Shown here piece by piece: positions 35,401-45,555 of a DNA stretch of 45,555 bases; within the stretch, counting starts at the first letter, position 1; every line of letters begins with the position of its first letter. The stretch is from Rhizaria sp. SCN 62-66 (taxonomy: Eukaryota): NCBI GenBank assembly GCA_001724265.1, contig MEDY01000300.1, forward strand, positions 1 to 45,555, written 5' to 3'. The translations under genes and the position numbers were made by a program. Below the pieces are notes generated by a model. The model had not been told where the DNA came from, did no database searches, and saw nothing but the letters and a program-made list of their open reading frames with translations.

Positions 35401-38016
35401 GCTGCAGCTGGCTGCGCCGGCGAAGGCGCCGCGCGCGACGAGCACGCCCGCGTTGTCGACGACGGACATCTTCTCGGCGAGCGCGCGCTGCCACTCGCGC
35501 TGCGTGTCCAGGTCGTCGAGCAGCGCGCTCAGCGGCGCCGCCGCGTCGGCCAGCGCGGGCGTCACGCGCAGCTCCAGCGTGAAGTGCTTGGCCAGCGCGC
35601 CGCGGCCCAGCACGCGCGCGAACACGTCGCCCGGCGGCAGCCCCGTCAGGCAGAGCTCGGCGGCCGCGTCGGGGGACCCGCGCGTCGAGACCAGGTGCGA
35701 GAAGGCCTCAGTGGTCGGCGGCGCGCCGTGCCGTAGCGACAGCTCCAGGTGGTTGTCCTCGGTGGGAGCGGGGAACTGCGTCAGCGCGAGCCGGAAGCCC
35801 ACGTCGTCGGGGCCCAGCACGAAGCGCACGTAGCGCGAGGAGAGCGCCACGGCGTCGGTGAGGCGCGCGCCCGAGGCGATGGGCGCGATGAGCGGTCGCC
35901 GCGAGCGCAGCAGCTGCCGCACGGCGCGCCGCCGCTCGTCCAGCGCGCGCAACGCCGCCGCGCCCGGGGACGCCTCCAGCCCGCGCAGATCGAACGCGGC
36001 AGATGCGGCGGCCGCGGTCGCGGCGGCCTCCGAGGCGGCCTCGGCGCTCTGAGGCTCCAGCTCCTGCGCCTCAGATTGCTCGCTGCGACAGTCTTTGCCT
36101 TGCTCCTGCTGCTCTTGCTGCTGCTGCTGCTGGCTGTCGCGGTGCTGTTGCATGACGTCCCCGGCGGCCCTGAGCGCGGCCAGCACCGAGACGTCGCCCA
36201 GCCGCAGCCGGCGCGCGCCCTCCTCGGGGCCCAGGTGCACCAATACGCCGCGGTCCTCGTCCCACTCCTCGCTCGGCACCAGGCCCTGCGGCGCGGTCTC
36301 GTCGTCAGAGCTCTCGCCGGCGCCCTCGCTGTCGTCGTCTGCAGTGCCGTCCTTATCTTGAGCATCGACATCAGGCTTGGCCGCTGCCTTGCCGTCCTTG
36401 CAGTCGGCGCCGCTGCTGTCCTTTGCGGATGAGCCTTTCTTGCCGTCCTTGGCGTCCTTGGCCTGCGCTAACGCTGCCTGCGCCTTTGCCTGCGCCCTGG
36501 CGTGCGCCCTGGCGGCCTTGGCGTCGGCGCGGCCCTGCTTGCGCGCGGCGATAGCCTCGAGACGCTCCGCGATGCCGGGTCGGGCGACGCGGCCGAGCGC
36601 GCGGCCGACCTCCTCGAGCTGCCGCGCCGTCTGCTCGGAGCGGCCGGCCTCGGCGTCGGCCTCGCGCCGCAGCGCCGCCACGCGCGCTCGCAGCCCCGCG
36701 TCGGCCTCGGCCTTATGCGCGCGCAGCACGGCCAGCGAGGCCTCGGCGCCCAGCCGCCGCCGCAGCTCCGTCAGCAGGAACTCGACCGAGCTGAAGTAGC
36801 CCGCGTAGCCGCGCGCTGCGCGCGCCAGGAGTTGCGCCAGCGGTCGCGAGGGGCAGAGCTCGGGGCGCGCAGAGAGCTGCCGCAGCACGGCGTCCCAGAG
36901 CCGCAGCTCGCCCAGGCCCTCGCCCAGCTCGCCCGCCACGCGCAACAGCAGGTCCGCGGGCGCGGCGCTGCCGGTGCTTTGCGCCTGCGAGTAGGCGGCC
37001 TCGTCCTCGACGGCCTCCGCGGCGGCCTCCCGGGCCAGCAAATCTTCGCTCTCCGAGTCAGCGTCAGCATCCGCGGCTGCAGCGTCGAGCGCGCTTCCGT
37101 CAGCGTCGGCCGCGGCGCCCGCGCGCGCGCGCACGGCGGCGAGCGGCAGCGCGGGGCGGCCGCGGCGGCGCAGCTCCTCCATGGCCGGCGACGCGAAGGG
37201 GCCCGGCGCGCCCGCGGCCACGGCGGCGGCGGCGGCGGCGGCGCCCTGCGCCAGCGCGCGCGCAGTCAGGTCACGCGTCCCATTCGCGCTCTCGCCGCCG
37301 GCGTCGCTGCTCGTGGCGCCGAGCGCGGTGGCGGCGGCGGCGGCGGCTCGGTGGGCGCGCGCGCCGCGCCAGGAGAGCAGCATCGAGTCGAGCGAGGCAC
37401 TGAGGCTCGTAACCAGCGCGTCGTGATCGCCGCGCCGCGCAGTCAGGCCGAGCGCCGCGGGTGCGCCGCCGTCCGCAGCCGCGGCGTTGTTGTTGTTGGC
37501 GGTGTTGGCGAGGGGCCAGGGGGAGGGCGCGGCGGTTTTGGAGTAAAAGGCGTCTAGGCTGTGCGCCTGCGAGCGCCAGGGCTTGCGCGTCACGAACGCG
37601 TCGGCGGCGGCGTTGCCGGCCGCGTCAGCGCCGGGCAACGCGGGCAGCGTGGCGGGAGCCACGACCGGCACAGACACGGCCGCAGCGCCAGCGGCAGCAG
37701 AGCGGGCTGAGCTGCTGGAGCTTGACGTCACAATAGTGCCGGTCGCGGCGGGCGAGAACGGGGCCGCGAGCGCGCGCGGGGGCCCAATGGGCGCGGGGCT
37801 GTGCGCGGGGGCAGCGGTGGCGCCGGAGCGCGCGGCCGCCGAGGCCGTGGTCTGCGTGAAGCCCGGCTTGGCGAAGGACGGCAGCGGGTCAGTGCCGTCC
37901 ATCACCGCCAGAGACACAGTGCCCTGCTGCGCGCGCTCCTGCCAGCCAGAGGTCTTGGCACCGCGGCCGCGCGCGGACGGCTTCGCGGCAGGCAGCGGGC
38001 CACTAGAGGTGAACAT
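32476..38016 (-). CDS. Large (about 1846 aa) coiled-coil/EF-hand protein, TSNAXIP1-like, probably flagellar
   Basis: Single long ORF; first ATG at 38016, stop TAA. Segment LAHFVADLFKHRYGLAKLAEVYLHELIDSMR...LRVQTFARFTGL resembles the TSNAXIP1-type conserved region. EF-hand-like MFRLGDVAGRGALSADQFVAVL. The ORF is secure; the family call is tentative. Confidence 0.6.
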   Translation of the reverse strand: MFTSSGPLPAAKPSARGRGAKTSGWQERAQQGTVSLAVMDGTDPLPSFAKPGFTQTTASAAARSGATAAPAHSPAPIGPPRALAAPFSPAATGTIVTSSSSSSARSAAAGAAAVSVPVVAPATLPALPGADAAGNAAADAFVTRKPWRSQAHSLDAFYSKTAAPSPWPLANTANNNNAAAADGGAPAALGLTARRGDHDALVTSLSASLDSMLLSWRGARAHRAAAAAATALGATSSDAGGESANGTRDLTARALAQGAAAAAAAVAAGAPGPFASPAMEELRRRGRPALPLAAVRARAGAAADADGSALDAAAADADADSESEDLLAREAAAEAVEDEAAYSQAQSTGSAAPADLLLRVAGELGEGLGELRLWDAVLRQLSARPELCPSRPLAQLLARAARGYAGYFSSVEFLLTELRRRLGAEASLAVLRAHKAEADAGLRARVAALRREADAEAGRSEQTARQLEEVGRALGRVARPGIAERLEAIAARKQGRADAKAARAHARAQAKAQAALAQAKDAKDGKKGSSAKDSSGADCKDGKAAAKPDVDAQDKDGTADDDSEGAGESSDDETAPQGLVPSEEWDEDRGVLVHLGPEEGARRLRLGDVSVLAALRAAGDVMQQHRDSQQQQQQEQQEQGKDCRSEQSEAQELEPQSAEAASEAAATAAAASAAFDLRGLEASPGAAALRALDERRRAVRQLLRSRRPLIAPIASGARLTDAVALSSRYVRFVLGPDDVGFRLALTQFPAPTEDNHLELSLRHGAPPTTEAFSHLVSTRGSPDAAAELCLTGLPPGDVFARVLGRGALAKHFTLELRVTPALADAAAPLSALLDDLDTQREWQRALAEKMSVVDNAGVLVARGAFAGAASCSRGVGGGAAPVLPPALSVLSPSAAAAAAAAAAAVASANASGSAGANAAPAAMITDASNNGNNGNNSGPGNNNSGNNGALTARSRAANNNNNSTSNNANTGIGNSSGGNSSNMGLDASAAALAAASAPGSLSMNHSNSNGGDAQSQHSSAAAAPQMLNFGPQGFLGDFAPTMTFPAPEARTLRHLPRRAVMRVLFQLYDERLALEAAQKQAARVPLAHFVADLFKHRYGLAKLAEVYLHELIDSMRSRHASALRVQTFARFTGLFSPRLSQRNLELYLAAYRVLRRLLEARRGARVELESGAVHVTFAVACETAKELFRALPATIVAGYLKRLERLILPPTAAAAEAAAAAAEGASASATAALLAQGGPAAAAAAAAAAAAAAQAQVQGGGAAHLLQAQQLQQQQQQQKGRFVDMDVFLVACMHLSEPERATSTPRLQAMFRLGDVAGRGALSADQFVAVLRSFCPWFDDLETYVLFYEGLVLSGSEAAQLLPYRGFLAVAHNYAFAARPPRAARAEPHVTTHDVPLPVPLQLQERLVAAQHAVSAASAQVAQASAAAAAAAAAAAGAAGGSGGGGRGGDAVAGSGADGGDFSAGAVLGNGSASANGGAATARAAAAAAAAGPSAADLEAEAEAASAWVALSAETFSETWRALVPIVTAQLAFLARSFFRGVPLLEAAVRDLNAYALLPPGPAVLPAWALLKQCLAQVNDAIMTRPLKREPGAADLALAAVDPLTGEVDLAAAADALLAGAGAGAGGAAVAGLTADGRELTGAQRAQARTWLREAAAAWGEDLSPLFADNTETAIPSARAEEELRAAWAAKAGRRAGTLDAVQVVRRIGGARAVRRVEQIAAALPPGFRIVLDKAPGMIEFGGVTEAHELALHDRRRRSGGSLNGNDDDDDDDDDDYGDGNGGNGANINRGDGATAGDAGNRAGLTKDDDRVVVLGLHGWPVDPAGIEPMGHHETAPGIIGRATRT

Positions 38017-38567
38017 GCCGCGGGCCACGACGCAGGCGGGCGCGAAGAACTGAAGGAGTGTTCCAGTGAGTTGCTCTCGAAGAAGCGAGAGGTGTTAAAG
38101 CGGCTCTGTGGGAAGGCAAAGGAAGATTGAAGAGATGTGAGCAAATAATTTGTAAACAAAACCCAGTGAAACTATCTATAGAATGAGGGTTTGTCTCCTG
38201 TCGGACGATTGACTTTGCTGCAGGGCTATTCAGATTCGTGCACAGAAACCGCTCTTCGTTTGCCCAATAGTTTTTTTCGGAACCAAGCTGAATCAGCCTG
38301 ACTTTGCAGCGGAATATACGCCTGAGGAAGTTTATACAGGAAACAATTGGCCAAGATTAGTAGTATATATTAAGTGATCTACGCGTTGTTAAGGCTTGCA
38401 TTTGAAAATCGGATGTATGTGGTGCAGATTTGACGTTTTAAGAGCTGTTTGCGGCTTCACTTTCCTTGTGACCGTTGGGGTTGGAGGTTCGATCGATCGA
38501 TTGAGAGGTTGTCGAGCACGCTTGAGTTTGAAATTGTGTTGACTTTAGGCCGTAAAACAGCATAAAT

Positions 38568-39319
38568 ATGTCTTCTAATCTTGGATCTAGGTACGTTTTC
38601 TTATTATTTTAAATTGGAATCTTGTTTTACTCAGGTCTTATGCCCCCATTTCTGCCTCCAGTCTCCTTCAGCTTGATGTCTCATAGTCTCCCGCCCACCA
38701 TCAACTTCTTCCCCCGTTCTCACTCTTTTTCTCTTCACAACGTTTTCTAACTCCTTCTGCATTTTGTTCATTCATCTACTATTCCAACGCGCGTAGCATG
38801 GGCGCCGGTAAGGACTTCGGCATCGCGCCGCGCTTCAAGAAGAAGCCTGTGGGCAAGAACGGGCGTCCCGAGCTGACGGAGGAGCAGCGCCAGGAGATCA
38901 AGGAGGCCTTCGACCTCTTCGACACGGACAAGTCGGGCTCAATTGACTACCACGAGCTCAAGGTCGCGATGCGCGCGCTAGGCTTTGACGTGCGCAAGGC
39001 CGAGGTGGTGAAGCTGATGAAGGAGTACGACCGCGCCGAGTCGGGCCAGATCGAGTACCTTGACTTCGTCGACATCATGACGCAGAAGATGGCCGACCGC
39101 GACCCCGAGGAGGAGATCCGCAAGGCCTTCGCGCTGTTCGATGACGACCAGACGGGCGCGATCTCGGTTAAGAACTTGCGCCGCGTGGCGCGCGACCTGG
39201 GCGAGGCGCTCAGCGACGACGAACTCCAGGCCATGATCGAGGAGTTCGACAAGAACAACGACGGCGTCATCGACGAGGCAGAGTTCATGGCCATCATGAA
39301 GCAGACCTCCATCTACTAA
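38568..39319 (+). CDS. CETN3: Centrin-3 / Cdc31-type EF-hand protein, 2 exons
   Basis: Exon 1 is 38568-38590 (MSSNLGS + AG|GTACGT), intron 38591-38796, exon 2 is 38797-39319. [17 protein letters not shown] and [11 protein letters not shown] are centrin-3-type signatures. Stop TAA. Confidence 0.9.
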
Positions 39320-39338
39320 GCAGCTGTGATGGTGCGAC

Positions 39339-39380
39339 GCAAAGCGCAAGGCGCAAAGCACAAAGCGCAAAGCGCAAAGC
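39339..39380 (+). repeat. 7-bp tandem repeat (GCAAAGC)x6, imperfect, in the centrin 3' UTR
   Basis: gcaaagc gcaaggc gcaaagc acaaagc gcaaagc gcaaagc, 20 nt after the stop. Confidence 0.85.
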
Positions 39381-40021
39381 GAGCGAAGCAAAGCTGGGAG
39401 CCTACAGCTAGCCAGAGTAGCGAAAGCTGAGGAAACCTAGCCTAGTTGGAGCTGTCACCTGTAACAAGTCATAGTCTCATAGTAATTTCATTTAGCCATT
39501 TGTACACAATGTTACTCGCTAGTTTCACATAAGAAAACAATAACAATCGAAAAAAAGATTAAAAGCGCGCGCCTTTGGAGGGCAGCAGCAAATGTCAGTT
39601 CCGAGTAACGACCAAAACGAGATAAAACCCAATACAAAGCCACACATAGAAAAACAACAACTTGAGTCAACAATTGAAGCGATGCCTCGCAGTGTATTCA
39701 AAACCGAATAAATACGTTAAATATGACACAGAAAGCAGAGCGCGCAACGCCAGACCGATTATATCATCATCATCACAGCATCAGGCGGGGTTCAGAGGGA
39801 GAGAGGAGCACGGCAGCGGCGGGGCGTAGAGCGGGAGAGAGAGTGCAAGCGCAAGACCCACACTCTGACAACAACAAGAGGCGTCCGCGACCTGTAAGCA
39901 AGCAGCTGCGGGGGGCAACAGTAGCATCATGTCCGACCGACCGGTGGCGGCGACGACAGCGGCGAAGACACGACCGGCTCACGGTGTGCGTGAGCGCGTG
40001 GTGCGCGAGGGGCCGGCACAC

Positions 40022-40543
40022 TTACTGGGCCTTGAGGTAGGCGACGAGGTCGGCGCGGTCCTGGGGCTTCTTGATGCCGGCGAAAACCATCTTGGTGCCG
40101 GGGATGAACTTCTTGGGGTTCTCGAGGTAGCGGAAAAGGTTGTCCTCGTCCCAAGTGACGCCGGAGTTGGCGTTGGCCGCAGTGTAGGCGTAGTCCTTGC
40201 CGGAGCCAGACTTGCGGTTGTAGATGCCAGCAAGGTTGGGGCCCTGCTTGGCCTGGCCCTCAGCCGCGACGACGGAGTGGCACTGCAGGCAGAACTTCTT
40301 GAAGATCGCGGCACCCTGGAGAGTGGATTTTAAGAAAATCGAAAGCAAAATGCACAATGAGCAAATCGAACGCGCGAAAAAAAGAAAAAAGCACGTGGGT
40401 CTCAGCGCAGTGGCGGCCAGTGAAAAATGCACGGCAATGGCCATACAGCCACAAGCAAAACGCACAGAGCTAATAAATTGCAATCAGAACATAGAGAGAG
40501 GTTTGTAGCGTACCTTAGTGGCGTCACCCTCAGGCATAGACAT
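40022..40543 (-). CDS. CYCS: Mitochondrial-type cytochrome c, 2 exons, 107 aa
   Basis: Exon 1 is 40543-40514 ([10 protein letters not shown]), intron 40513-40316, exon 2 is 40315-40022. Heme motif CLQCH, plus GPNL and [14 protein letters not shown]. Stop TAA. Confidence 0.97.
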
Positions 40544-41083
40544 GTTTTAGCTAGTCTGTCGTCGGTAAAAGCAGGGCAAAGGGAGAGGGAGGAAGCGGTT
40601 TGAGTCAGTCATCGAGCTTTTGCGGGGTCAAGTTCGTGTGTCACAGCGCGTCACAGTGACTCTCGTTAAAAAGACAATTATTAACAAACATGTTTGTCAG
40701 CGTTTGTATGGATAAAACTGTCTGTCATATTCGTCCCACGCTACATCTCGCCTTGCAAAGATCGTCCGTCATCGCGCCGCGGCGGTCAGACCCGGCTTGA
40801 CTTTGAGATGTCAGACTGGACCGAGAAAATCGGTTCAGTAAGGTAAACAAAGTCCGACTAGCTACTTTGTTACGCGGTTCAAGTCTCATGGAAATGCTGT
40901 AGTGTATTTATAACTTACTTTTTGAATGTGTTAGATTTATTCATATACTGATCTTGTCGTTTTAGCCACTAATGACTCTGATACAGGAAGATATCTTACA
41001 AAATTCGCACTTATTGAACGTGAAAGGCCGAGCTGAAGATCTCTAGTGGATCAATTTCCACAAAACGAGCTTATTTTATCCAC

Positions 41084-45555
<4,472 letters not shown>

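Noticed and set aside
38470-38510. GGTTCGATC T-loop/B-box-like motif (also GGTTCAAA near 14146 and GGTTCAAG near 40876) as a possible suppressor tRNA
   Set aside because: The flanks do not form a T-stem or cloverleaf. No tRNA gene is supported in this window.

Overview
Gene-dense nuclear DNA of an unidentified aerobic, flagellated eukaryote, probably a protist. Exons are very GC-rich; introns (118-248 nt) and intergenic spacers are short and AT-richer. I find 11 protein-coding genes: a giant low-complexity protein with a SAGA Ada1/Tada1-like motif (runs off the left edge), GMP synthase, exosome RRP41, CEP290-like, a small PH-domain protein, a CsgA/C-factor-like SDR, an atypical TxH MAP kinase, a large EF-hand/TSNAXIP1-like protein, centrin-3, cytochrome c, and PRP16/DHX38 (runs off the right edge). 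The main result is evidence for a non-standard nuclear genetic code. Five in-frame TAG codons (8133-8135 on minus; 24807, 28140, 28326 and 31260 on plus) interrupt three otherwise intact genes, and four of them sit in Gln-rich tracts. I saw no in-frame TAA or TGA, and all ten gene ends in the window are TAA (6) or TGA (4). UAG therefore appears to be a sense codon, most likely Gln, while UAA remains a stop. All family assignments come from motif recognition by eye, not database searches.
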